Of a stretch of 64,000 bases of DNA, positions 47,310 through 56,365 are shown one piece after another. Source of the DNA: Candidatus Binatia bacterium (GTDB taxonomy: Bacteria > Desulfobacterota > Binatia > HRBIN30); NCBI GenBank assembly GCA_026415395.1, contig JAOAHD010000003.1:57227-121226 (forward strand). Reading direction: 5' to 3'. The first letter of the stretch is position 1, and each line of letters opens with the position of its first letter. The translations under genes and the position numbers were made by a program. The notes beneath the pieces were generated by a model that had not been told where the DNA came from, made no database searches, and was given only the letters and a program-made list of their open reading frames with translations.

Positions 47310-48878
47310 GTGGGTCAGCAGCCTGTAGAGGTCAGGACTCTCGCCGATTTGCCCCGTGCGTGGCGGGTCCGATGGGGCTCGGCCATTGCCGTTGGCGAGG
47401 CTCGAGAACGATGCACCTTCGAAGAGCTCGACGGTCGTGCGGAATGTTGGGCTAGGGCGTTGCGGCACAGCGGCATCGAGCCCGGAGCCCGCGTTGCCCT
47501 ATGGGGCGGAAATAGTGTGTCATGGCTCACGCGTGCGTTTGGGGTGTGGAAGGCAGGTTGTACGCTGATCCCGCTTTCCACGTTCGCGACGGCTCGAGAG
47601 CTCGGTGAGATTTTAGCGAGTGCCCAAGCCGACATTCTCCTAGCCGACCGCTATTTGAGGAACCGCGACTTGGCGCAGCTCTTATCGGAGCTTGCATTTC
47701 CGCATCGTCTGAAGCGAGTGGTGGTCAACGCCGCTGGCGACCTTCGGGGTGTGGAGGACGAAAGCGAGTTTTTGCGCTCTTACGGCAAGGTCTCTTCGGC
47801 CGAGAGCACCCTCGCTCGCCCGGAGGACGTCGCCATGATTCTTTATACCTCTGGGACCACGGGCAAGCCGAAGGGGGTCCGCTTGCAGCATCGTGCCGTT
47901 TTGAGCACGGTTCGTGCGACGGCGGCACGCGGCGGCCTTCGGCCTGGAGACTCTGTGGTGTCGAGCCTCCCACTGTTTTGGGTTGCCGGGCTTTGCATTC
48001 GCGCCTTGCCCACTTTGGCTAGCGGAAGTGCCCTCGTGGTCATGCCGACCTTTGAAGTCAACGAGCTTTTGGAAATCCTTCAGCATTGGCGCCCAACGGG
48101 CCTACATTTGCGCCCCCCACAAGTCAGCGCCCTACTCTCCCACCCGGGCTTCCGGCCCGAGCTGGTGCGCACAGTTGTTCGAGGCGGAGGTCGCACTGAG
48201 TGGTTCGGCCCGTACCTTGCACGCGCACGTTTGATCACTGGATACGGCATGACTGAAATGTCGGGATACGTTACCGCGGTGAGTTGGCGGGATCCTGCGT
48301 CCGTGCGATCCACGAGCATAGGAAGACTGCTTCCGAGGACGCAAGTGCGCATCGTGAGTGAGGATGGCCGCGAATGTCGGCCGGGAAGCGTTGGCGAAAT
48401 CCGGGTGCGAGGTCCGGGCATGTTTGAATCGTACGAAGGCCAACCTCGCGGAGTCGGCATCGATCCCCAAGGCTTCTTTTGCACCGGTGACCTCGGCTAT
48501 CGTGACGACAACGGGCAGCTGCATTTCGTCGGCCGCAGCAAAGACCTCCTGCGCTGTAAGGGCATCAACGTCTCTCCGGTGGAAGTGGAGAGCGTTCTGG
48601 CCCAACATCCAACGGTGGAGGCTGCATACGTCGTTGGTCTGCCGCCGGATGGGTTCGATCAACAGTTGGTCGCGCTCGTTGTCTCCCGGGACGGTCGAGA
48701 CCACGAAGCGTTGTGGCGGGAGTGGTGTGAGAAAGCGCTGTCCTCTTACAAGCGGCCGACGGCTTTCATCCTCTTGCGACGCGACGAAGTGCCCTTTGGC
48801 CCTACGAGCAAGCCTTTGCGCGACCGACTTGCGGCGCTCGCAAGCGCCCGTTTGCGTCGGGAAGGTCCAAGTGGGTAA
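47310..48878 (+). CDS. ANL-family AMP-dependent ligase
   Basis: YTSGTTGKPKGV, GYGMTE, CTGDLGYRDDNGQLHFVGRSKD, a C-terminal K in GPTSKP. The GTG start is 12 nt after the OmpA-family stop. Confidence 0.8.
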   Translation: MGQQPVEVRTLADLPRAWRVRWGSAIAVGEARERCTFEELDGRAECWARALRHSGIEPGARVALWGGNSVSWLTRAFGVWKAGCTLIPLSTFATARELGEILASAQADILLADRYLRNRDLAQLLSELAFPHRLKRVVVNAAGDLRGVEDESEFLRSYGKVSSAESTLARPEDVAMILYTSGTTGKPKGVRLQHRAVLSTVRATAARGGLRPGDSVVSSLPLFWVAGLCIRALPTLASGSALVVMPTFEVNELLEILQHWRPTGLHLRPPQVSALLSHPGFRPELVRTVVRGGGRTEWFGPYLARARLITGYGMTEMSGYVTAVSWRDPASVRSTSIGRLLPRTQVRIVSEDGRECRPGSVGEIRVRGPGMFESYEGQPRGVGIDPQGFFCTGDLGYRDDNGQLHFVGRSKDLLRCKGINVSPVEVESVLAQHPTVEAAYVVGLPPDGFDQQLVALVVSRDGRDHEALWREWCEKALSSYKRPTAFILLRRDEVPFGPTSKPLRDRLAALASARLRREGPSG

Positions 48879-49085
48879 CCCACGGACCCCTTCTCTTCGT
48901 AAGGAGTTCATGCGAAGCAAGAGGTGAAGTATGACGCGAGGCTCAGACGCGGAAACACGTGCGTGGGCCGCCTCGTGACCCGTTGACGAGAGAACTTTCT
49001 GCTGTCAGGTCGTGGGCTTTTCTTGCCGATCTCTCGCGTGGTAAAGAGAGCTTTTAGTGAGTGCTTTGCCGAGGAGAACGCGGTT

Positions 49086-50720
49086 ATGAGCGAACTACAG
49101 CAAGGGGTGCCCGCGGGGCTGCAGCCGGTGGGACCAGGTGCGAGCGAGTTCCTCGAGTTGTACGCGTTCGAGCGGCCAACAGAGGCTAAGCCTGTTGGCG
49201 TGTTTCTCGAAGAACTGCGAGCATTGATCCGGCAACATGTGGTTTCTCCTGACTTGGCGGAGGCGCTCAAGTACGGGCGAGTCGATCGGGAGGGGATGCG
49301 GCGGTGGATTAAGGATTACTACCAGTTTATCCGCCTGGATGCGCAAGGAAGCGCCGCCATGATCGCCCGCTGCTCCAGGCGGGGGCTGTTCCTTGCTCTG
49401 AGCTCTATCGTGAATCGGAAGACGGGCTTTTATCAGGTCACCGCCCCGCCGCGCGATTTGTTTGTTCGCTTCGCCGAAGCCTTTGGTGTCGGCTTCGATG
49501 AGCTCGAGGCCCACTATCCTTGCCCCGAGACATTGCAAGCGAAGTATGCGCGCTTGCAGTTCCAGTTTGACACCTTTGAAAGCGGGTTTGCCGTGACCGC
49601 GCTGGGAGCCGAAGGAGTATTGCTCGATGTGGTGCGCGACGAACGGCCATGGCTCTGCCAGCGGGGAATTGCAGAGTACATGAAGCGTGCCTTTGGCTTG
49701 AACGACGATGCCGTTGCCTACTGGCGTGCGTACGAGGACTTTCGCAGCTTTGTCTGTGAGCCGGTGTGGGAGATCGCAGCCGAAATCGCCTGTGATGCGA
49801 GCCAGCAGGAACGGTTGCGGACCACACTCCACCATTGGCTCCTCTTGTATGGGAACATGCGGCGCGCGTGGGCGGACATCGTTTCCGGAACTTATGCGTT
49901 CCCAGAGATCACTTGGCCCCCAGCCGGCCGTAGCTTCCAAGCTGGACGGGAACAGAGCCACGAGGAAATGGTCGAGGAGCTCGGGGAGTTTTGTCTGACT
50001 TTGCCCCAACCAAAAGAAACTGCCTTTGGTTTGCTCCTTTCCGGCAAGGCGTCCTTGGCGGCTGCGAAGGAACTCATCAAGGATTTCATCCACATGGACG
50101 CAACCCGGAACATTGCCGGCCAGTTTAGCCGCATCCCCCACGGCAAGGCTCTTCGCGCTATCAGCCAAGCCTTTGCAACCGAGTCGGGAGGTTACCTAAC
50201 CCGGAACCACATGGAGATTTGGGCGGACTTCGCGGAGCGTGCTTGCGGAATCACGCGGCGAGAATTGTTCGAATGGCAGCCCCCTGCCGAGACGATTGGA
50301 AGCGGGTACGTAACCAGATGGTTTCTCTTGCATTGCCCCCCAGAGGAGGCCATTGCAGCCTTTCACTTGGGGCCGCCTCCCGAAGCGAAGGCAAAGTTGG
50401 GGAAGCGAGCCCTCGGGATCGGCCAGGGAGGAGCTGCCGGTGAGGGGTTGCTGGAAGCAAAGCCTGGTAGACATCCGCTCACACAAGCCCTAGAGCGGCT
50501 CGGTCTGGATGCGGATCTGGCGGATTACTTTTTCCAACTGCACCGCGAGATCGAACCCTTCGAACAAGAGGAAGGTTGGGAGTACGTTCCGGAAGTGGTG
50601 CAGACACACGAGCAACGGCAGCGGTTCAAGCGAGCTTACATAGAGAAAATTCTTGCCGAGTCGCGAAAGGACGAGGCCTTGCTTCGCCGCATGAAGCAAT
50701 TGTCAGGTTTGCCGAGCTGA
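49086..50720 (+). CDS. Hypothetical protein; apparent tandem duplication of a PqqC/TenA-like (heme-oxygenase-fold) domain
   Basis: GAGGAG RBS 9 nt before the ATG at 49086. The first half (GMRRWIKDYYQFI...FVRFAEAFGVGFDELEAHYPCPET) and second half (LIKDFIHMD...IWADFAERACGITRRELFEWQPPAET) both follow the PqqC/TenA helical pattern. Confidence 0.45.
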   Translation: MSELQQGVPAGLQPVGPGASEFLELYAFERPTEAKPVGVFLEELRALIRQHVVSPDLAEALKYGRVDREGMRRWIKDYYQFIRLDAQGSAAMIARCSRRGLFLALSSIVNRKTGFYQVTAPPRDLFVRFAEAFGVGFDELEAHYPCPETLQAKYARLQFQFDTFESGFAVTALGAEGVLLDVVRDERPWLCQRGIAEYMKRAFGLNDDAVAYWRAYEDFRSFVCEPVWEIAAEIACDASQQERLRTTLHHWLLLYGNMRRAWADIVSGTYAFPEITWPPAGRSFQAGREQSHEEMVEELGEFCLTLPQPKETAFGLLLSGKASLAAAKELIKDFIHMDATRNIAGQFSRIPHGKALRAISQAFATESGGYLTRNHMEIWADFAERACGITRRELFEWQPPAETIGSGYVTRWFLLHCPPEEAIAAFHLGPPPEAKAKLGKRALGIGQGGAAGEGLLEAKPGRHPLTQALERLGLDADLADYFFQLHREIEPFEQEEGWEYVPEVVQTHEQRQRFKRAYIEKILAESRKDEALLRRMKQLSGLPS

Positions 50721-50732
50721 ATCGCACCCGGT

Positions 50733-53561
50733 TCACGATTCCGGTTGGCCCACTGCAACCCGCTCTAGGACCTCCACCTCGTTGTCGCGAGTCCAGGCTG
50801 CGAGTCGCCCGCGTGCGACAAAGAGTCGAAAACCAAATCCGTTAAATCCCTCATGTTTGCGGCGAAACAGTCCCAGGAGATGGAACTCGGGGTGAAATAA
50901 GGGTTCCCCATCGGGGTTGTAAGCCGGTCGACCCGTCCGCCACTTGAGGACAAAGAGATTCTGTTCCTCGTCGCAAGTGAGTTCGGACTCCCACCAAACG
51001 CTGGGCAACAGCTTAGTGGTTACGAGCTGGCCAGCAGGTGTGTAGGTGAGCAACTCGGCGAGGTCACTGTCGAGCACATGGATGTGGGTGCCGCAACGTT
51101 CGACGGCCACGGGCCGCCGAAGCGGGCGGCCAAGGCGATTTCGCAGCTCCAGTTGCGCCCCGCCTTCCAACCATAGGTTGGAGTTGTCGCACAAGGCTGT
51201 GAGGGGGCCCTCTGCCTTCGCGAGTGCGCGGACCGCACACGGGATCTGGCTAACGTCGCGAATATTCTCTGCGCTCCAACGGAGCCAGCGTCCGTCCCTC
51301 CCCACAAGATCAATGCCATCCGCCGTACAACGGAGTGCAGGGTCGGGCAAGCTCACTTGTCCTAACTCGCGGGCCTCACCGGAGTTTAGATCGATGCGGT
51401 AAATCTGATTGCGAATGAGACTCACAAGGGACTGATCGGGACAAAGCGCCATGTCCCAAATCAACCCTGGTACGGTCAACTGATTTCGTAGCCTCCATTC
51501 GTTCGCTGACGGGCGAGCCATCTTCCGTAGGTACGGCGCAAGAACACTGGCAATTGCCGGCTTCTCAACCGTGACCAAGTAATGGTCGATGGCTTCCCAG
51601 TCCATGCCCGGCCGCCGAACCTGCCAACCGGTCCAGGTCCAACCAAAGTCGTCGAGGACGATCTGGTAATAGCCGCTCTCCAGGAACGCCGGACCCTCGC
51701 TCCCCAGAGTCCCAGCGGAAGGGGGGCTCGTAACGCTCGGAACAAAGCGGCGAAACTCATAACGGCCGGCCGCGGGCGACCAGAACACCGTGGCTCGTTC
51801 CGCAGCCGAAAAAGGGGAGACGAAGCGCTGCTCAAGATCGGTCCAGGGAATCTCCACCTCAAGGGCGAGCTCGCGCGGTTCACGTTGGTCCCACGGCGGA
51901 GGAGCCGGAATTTTCCGAGCGGTGAGCTGCGCGTAGAAGCGACGCCAATCGGGGAGTAGGCGGTCGGTAACGTAGGGCAAGTCGGGCAGAATGAGCCGAA
52001 GGGGTCTACCGGAGATGAGACGAATTGGGGGAAAGAGCACAAGGTCAGACAGCAAACTGCCGAGACCATGCAACCAGCGGTACGCTGGCAAAGTAACGCC
52101 GAGGGAAAGCGCTTCTCCTTCGAAGTCGCGCCCCGGCTCATTGCCAGGGACCAGACAGCTCGCTTCACGAACACAGCGTTGCCAGTGCGGCAGCAGGAGA
52201 AAGGCGAGTCCCTGTGGGTGCTGAGGGGACCGGAACATGGAATATGCCCACGTCCCGAAAAATTTTTTCACGCTGGCCTGGCCAAAATAGATCCACGAAG
52301 CAAGAAAACTCGCAGCAACCACCCACCCGAGCACGCGTGAGTTTGACCGCGCAAGTTGGAGCAACGAGGCGTAACCGTAACCTGCCAGGACAAAGGCGGG
52401 CAGAAAAACGGCAATTACGTAGAACTCATTCGTGATCGCGGCAATCAGACCGAAAAGATTGATCCCGAGAACGACCAATATGGCGGCCGAGCTTGGCTCG
52501 AACAGCGCCCGACGTAGTGCCGCCCCCATGCCGAGCACGAGCCCTCCGCGCACAAGGGAGTCTACCAGGGTCGGAGGCAGGTTGGCCTGCCGGGCTTGCG
52601 GGAAGAAGGCCTGTTGCAAGAACGAGGCGTTACGCGCCGCTTTTTCCCCAACGGATTCTGCTCCGACGCGAACCGGCTGCAAACCTCCGAAGACATAGGA
52701 AAAGCCCTCAGGTGCACGAGCGGTGACCACGACCGCTGGAACACTCAAAGCGACCGCTGCCACGGCGGCAACCGCTACTGCAAAGCGGAGGCGCTTCCAC
52801 TCCTCAGGCCGCTGCCAAAAGAACAACGCGGTAACGAGTACGGCCGCCGGGACCATGAGGTACAACGCCCAGTACGCGTGGAGACCGCCGGCAATGCCGA
52901 GGGCGGCAAGTGCCAGGCCTGACTTCCGTTTGTCTCGCAGCCCTCGGATTAAGCCGCCGACGACCAAAGCCTGAAACAGCGGAGTCAAGAACTGGTGGTA
53001 CCCGTTGCGCGTTGCCCACAAATGCCACCAAGAGGTGGCAACAAAAGCGGCCGTCATCCAAGCGGTAGTGCTCCCAAAGAGAATCCATGAACACCAGGCA
53101 ATTGCTGTCACCGTCGCCATGCTGATGAGCTGTTGGGCGATTCTCAAGGCGACCAGGTTGTCGGGAACGAAAACACCTACGACGGCAATGACGTACGAAA
53201 AAAGCGTATGCGCATACCAAGCGTAGGGTTCGTAGGGAAAACCCCGTTCGCGCAACTGCGCGGCGAAATTGACGAAGTTTAGGACTTCCCCCAGGTATCC
53301 TGCCGGTACCGTTTTCCAGTGCTGCACCCGAAACCAAAGGGCGACCGCAAGGGCAGCGATCAGCCCACACCACGGTAGCCAACGAGGTTTTGTTTCGAAC
53401 TCTGCCTGCCCGGGCGCAGAGAGAGTTGCCAGTCCGAGTGCCAGCACCGCCAATCCCAAGGAGGCCATCACTGACTGCACCCAGGGACTGACGCTGACGA
53501 TTGCAAGAGCCAGTGCAATTACGGAGCCGACGAGCTGCAACATTCCCTGCCCCTCATGCAA
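50733..53561 (-). CDS. Large polytopic membrane protein: GT39/ArnT-like glycosyltransferase-fold N-domain plus a ~450-aa non-membrane C-domain of unknown fold
   Basis: About 12 or more hydrophobic segments in the first ~480 aa, with a PMT/ArnT-like loop region (FPYEPYAWYAHTLFSY...). The C-terminal half is soluble and rich in beta-strand-like repeats. Confidence 0.55.
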   Translation of the reverse strand: MHEGQGMLQLVGSVIALALAIVSVSPWVQSVMASLGLAVLALGLATLSAPGQAEFETKPRWLPWCGLIAALAVALWFRVQHWKTVPAGYLGEVLNFVNFAAQLRERGFPYEPYAWYAHTLFSYVIAVVGVFVPDNLVALRIAQQLISMATVTAIAWCSWILFGSTTAWMTAAFVATSWWHLWATRNGYHQFLTPLFQALVVGGLIRGLRDKRKSGLALAALGIAGGLHAYWALYLMVPAAVLVTALFFWQRPEEWKRLRFAVAVAAVAAVALSVPAVVVTARAPEGFSYVFGGLQPVRVGAESVGEKAARNASFLQQAFFPQARQANLPPTLVDSLVRGGLVLGMGAALRRALFEPSSAAILVVLGINLFGLIAAITNEFYVIAVFLPAFVLAGYGYASLLQLARSNSRVLGWVVAASFLASWIYFGQASVKKFFGTWAYSMFRSPQHPQGLAFLLLPHWQRCVREASCLVPGNEPGRDFEGEALSLGVTLPAYRWLHGLGSLLSDLVLFPPIRLISGRPLRLILPDLPYVTDRLLPDWRRFYAQLTARKIPAPPPWDQREPRELALEVEIPWTDLEQRFVSPFSAAERATVFWSPAAGRYEFRRFVPSVTSPPSAGTLGSEGPAFLESGYYQIVLDDFGWTWTGWQVRRPGMDWEAIDHYLVTVEKPAIASVLAPYLRKMARPSANEWRLRNQLTVPGLIWDMALCPDQSLVSLIRNQIYRIDLNSGEARELGQVSLPDPALRCTADGIDLVGRDGRWLRWSAENIRDVSQIPCAVRALAKAEGPLTALCDNSNLWLEGGAQLELRNRLGRPLRRPVAVERCGTHIHVLDSDLAELLTYTPAGQLVTTKLLPSVWWESELTCDEEQNLFVLKWRTGRPAYNPDGEPLFHPEFHLLGLFRRKHEGFNGFGFRLFVARGRLAAWTRDNEVEVLERVAVGQPES

Positions 53562-53664
53562 GCCCGCCTGGCCTCTTGGCGGGGACGTTTAGGCTGCATT
53601 TCAGTGAGCGGCACTGAGGAAAAAGCACAGCAACATGGATTGGAGATCCTGAACAGTTTGTTGG

Positions 53665-54267
53665 TCACCGAGCTAAGGGGTCGCCCGAGCCACCGCTGCC
53701 CGAAGCGGGTCGAGGGTGAGGCTCGCGAAAGTACTGCTCCCGGTAGAAGCGGAGTTCGTCGATTGACTCGCGAATGTCACTCGAGGCGAGGTGTACTTTG
53801 CGCTTCTCTGGTGGTGGCGGACCACCGGGATACCAGCGCCGCACCAACTCCTTCACCGTGCTCACATCGATGATGCGGTAGTGGAGAAAATGCTCCAGCT
53901 CCCGCATGTAGCGGGCAAGAAAACGCCGATCCTGCCACACCGAGTTGCCGCACAGTGGCGCGGTGCGCGGTTCACAATAAGTGCGCACGAAGGCGAGAGT
54001 CTTTTGTTCGGCCTCGTGGGTGGTGACGTTCGAGGCGCGGCAACGGGCAAGCAAGCCGGATTTTGTGTGGTGATCACGGTTCCACTCGTCCATACGGGCG
54101 AACACCGTTTCTGGATGGTGAATGGCAAGCACGGGTCCTTCGGCGATGACCTGGAGGTCGTTGTCGGTAATCAGGGTTGCGATCTCCAGTATGTGGTCCC
54201 GCTCGGGATCGAGGCCAGTCATTTCGAGGTCCATCCAAACGAGCAGGTCGCGGCGTGGTGTGGTCAC
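53665..54267 (-). CDS. orn: Oligoribonuclease
   Basis: LVWMDLEMTGLDPERDHILEIATLITD, GNSVWQDRRFL, HYRIIDVST are DEDDh exonuclease motifs. A GTG at 54267 is the likely start by homology length. The ORF extends to a TTG at 54303. Confidence 0.85.
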   Translation of the reverse strand: MTTPRRDLLVWMDLEMTGLDPERDHILEIATLITDNDLQVIAEGPVLAIHHPETVFARMDEWNRDHHTKSGLLARCRASNVTTHEAEQKTLAFVRTYCEPRTAPLCGNSVWQDRRFLARYMRELEHFLHYRIIDVSTVKELVRRWYPGGPPPPEKRKVHLASSDIRESIDELRFYREQYFREPHPRPASGSGGSGDPLAR

Positions 54268-54340
54268 ACCCCGGGCGTTACCACGACCGCATAAGTGCAA
54301 CAAGCGTTCGGCGACGCCCTCTCACGGTCGACGTCCGAGG

Positions 54341-55132
54341 CTAAATGCTTGGGGGAGGAAACGGCCAATTGGAGGTTTCGGTTCCCCCGTCGACTTCAAA
54401 CACCTTGCCGGTTACCCAGCTCGAGGCAGGAGAGACGAGATAAAGCGCGGCCAAGGCAATGTCTTCCACAGTGCCCAGGCGACGCATCGGCGTGAGCGCC
54501 TCCATTTTGGCCCGCATCTCGTCATTTAAAAACGGCACGAGTGCACTCGTTTCCGTGGCCCCGACGGCAATTGCATTTACCCGTACTTTGGGAGCGAACT
54601 CTTGCCCGAGAACGCGGGTCATGTGAGACAGCGCGGCTTTCGCTGTGCTGTACGCCACAAAACCGGCCAACGGGAAGCGGCCGGCCGCTGAAGAAATGTT
54701 GAGGACCACGCCGCCCCCGGCGGTTCGCAGCATGTGAGGGACCGCCAGCCGTGTCAGCACGAATGCCGAGGTTACGTTGAAGTGGAATGCTTCCTCGAAC
54801 ATCCGCTCACTGGTGTATAGGGCTTCGCACGGAGGAGTTCCGCCAGCGTTGTTTACGACGATGTCGATGCGGCCGAAACGATCGAGCGCGGCTTGAACCA
54901 CACGTTCCAGATCGCTCCGTTGGTTTACGTCGCACGGAACCGCAACGGCTTGCCGACCGAAACATCGCGCCTGTGCCGCCGTGTCTTCGATTTGCGCCTC
55001 AGTGCGTGCCGCACAAACGACATCGGCCCCCATCTCCGCAAACGCCAGGGCGCAGGCCCGTCCGATGCCACGGCCGGCACCAGTGACAATGGCGACTTTA
55101 TCGGTAAGCTTGAATCGGTCGAGCAGCGCCAC
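54341..55132 (-). CDS. SDR family oxidoreductase
   Basis: TGAGRGIGRA, NNAGG, YSTAKAA. Confidence 0.9.
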   Translation of the reverse strand: MALLDRFKLTDKVAIVTGAGRGIGRACALAFAEMGADVVCAARTEAQIEDTAAQARCFGRQAVAVPCDVNQRSDLERVVQAALDRFGRIDIVVNNAGGTPPCEALYTSERMFEEAFHFNVTSAFVLTRLAVPHMLRTAGGGVVLNISSAAGRFPLAGFVAYSTAKAALSHMTRVLGQEFAPKVRVNAIAVGATETSALVPFLNDEMRAKMEALTPMRRLGTVEDIALAALYLVSPASSWVTGKVFEVDGGTETSNWPFPPPSI

Positions 55133-55138
55133 GGGAAA

Positions 55139-56218
55139 TCACGCAGAAGCAGGCAGTCGATAAAATCGTTCCGCGTTCAGGCCGAAAATTTTCTCCTTCG
55201 TTGATTCCGATAAGTCCTGACGCTCACGCAAGGGGCGGGTTGACTCCGGCCATTCGCTGTCCCAGTGGGGGTAGTCGCTTGCATACAGGATAAAGTCAGG
55301 GCCAAGCTGCTCAACGGCGAGTGGGATTGCACATTCACCTGCTTCACAGCTCACATACAACTGGCCGCGCGCGATGTATTCTTTAGGCTCGTGCTTGCAC
55401 TCTGGAGTCAAGCGACCACGTTTTTCGAGATGTTCCTCCATCCGCTCCATAAAATACGGCACCCAACCCACCCCAGACTCTAACAAAGCCACACGCAAGT
55501 GTGGGTGCCGCTCAAAGACGCCGCCGAGAATTAGGGCCGTGGAGGCAACCATCATGTCGAACGGGAAGCTGATCACATGAACCTTCAGATAGTTATCGAA
55601 GCGTTCCGTCCCTAATTTCGGCAAGTGAATGCCCGGGGCTCCGTGGATTCCGAGGGGCATGTCGAGCTCCTCGGCTGCTGAATAAAAGGCATCGAGGTCC
55701 GGGTGGTCTAAGTTACGGTTGCGTAATACCGCTGGAATCATAGTGACCACCAACCCTAGATCCTTGGCTTCTTTCATGATTTCGATCGAAGCGGGCACAT
55801 CCTCAATGGGCACCAAAGCGGCACCGAAAAAGCGCCCACGACCCTGCTTGCAGTACCCGGCCATCCACCGATTGTACGCGCGAGCGAACTCCGCTGCGAA
55901 TTTGTTGTCCACAAAACCGGGTAACCCCAGCGCCGCACTAGGAAAGAAGACAAGTCGATCAATGCCGTCCTTATCGGCATCAGCCAATACGCCTTCGGGG
56001 GTGAACGGGTTTGCGCCGCGATCGAGGCACATCCCCTCTTCCGCTCGACACCCCGCTCCAGGCCCCTTGGACTGCGGGTACGGCCTGCCCTCGATGTAAA
56101 GAGCCGTCTCGCCGTCCCCAGGATCGCTGAAACGAATCTTGTCGGGGAAGCGTTCCATCAGTTCTGCAATCAGCTCGCGACCCTCGATGACGTGTGCGTC
56201 CGCGTCGACAACCCGCAT
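55139..56218 (-). CDS. Amidohydrolase-2 family protein (paralogue of 40571-41641)
   Basis: MRVVDADAHVIEG, ISFPFD, ASDYPHWD. AAGGAG RBS before the ATG at 56218. Confidence 0.8.
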   Translation of the reverse strand: MRVVDADAHVIEGRELIAELMERFPDKIRFSDPGDGETALYIEGRPYPQSKGPGAGCRAEEGMCLDRGANPFTPEGVLADADKDGIDRLVFFPSAALGLPGFVDNKFAAEFARAYNRWMAGYCKQGRGRFFGAALVPIEDVPASIEIMKEAKDLGLVVTMIPAVLRNRNLDHPDLDAFYSAAEELDMPLGIHGAPGIHLPKLGTERFDNYLKVHVISFPFDMMVASTALILGGVFERHPHLRVALLESGVGWVPYFMERMEEHLEKRGRLTPECKHEPKEYIARGQLYVSCEAGECAIPLAVEQLGPDFILYASDYPHWDSEWPESTRPLRERQDLSESTKEKIFGLNAERFYRLPASA

Positions 56219-56365
56219 CTTAAGCTCCTTGTTTTCCTGGTGAACAGTTGTTTGCCTGAACTGCGGATTTGAATCAAGCTGCGGTCCACGCCGCGCAGGA
56301 AGGGCCACATGCAGAGTCGCGGCCGATGCTGTGGATTTGCTAGCGTGGATCCAGTGAACCTTAAG

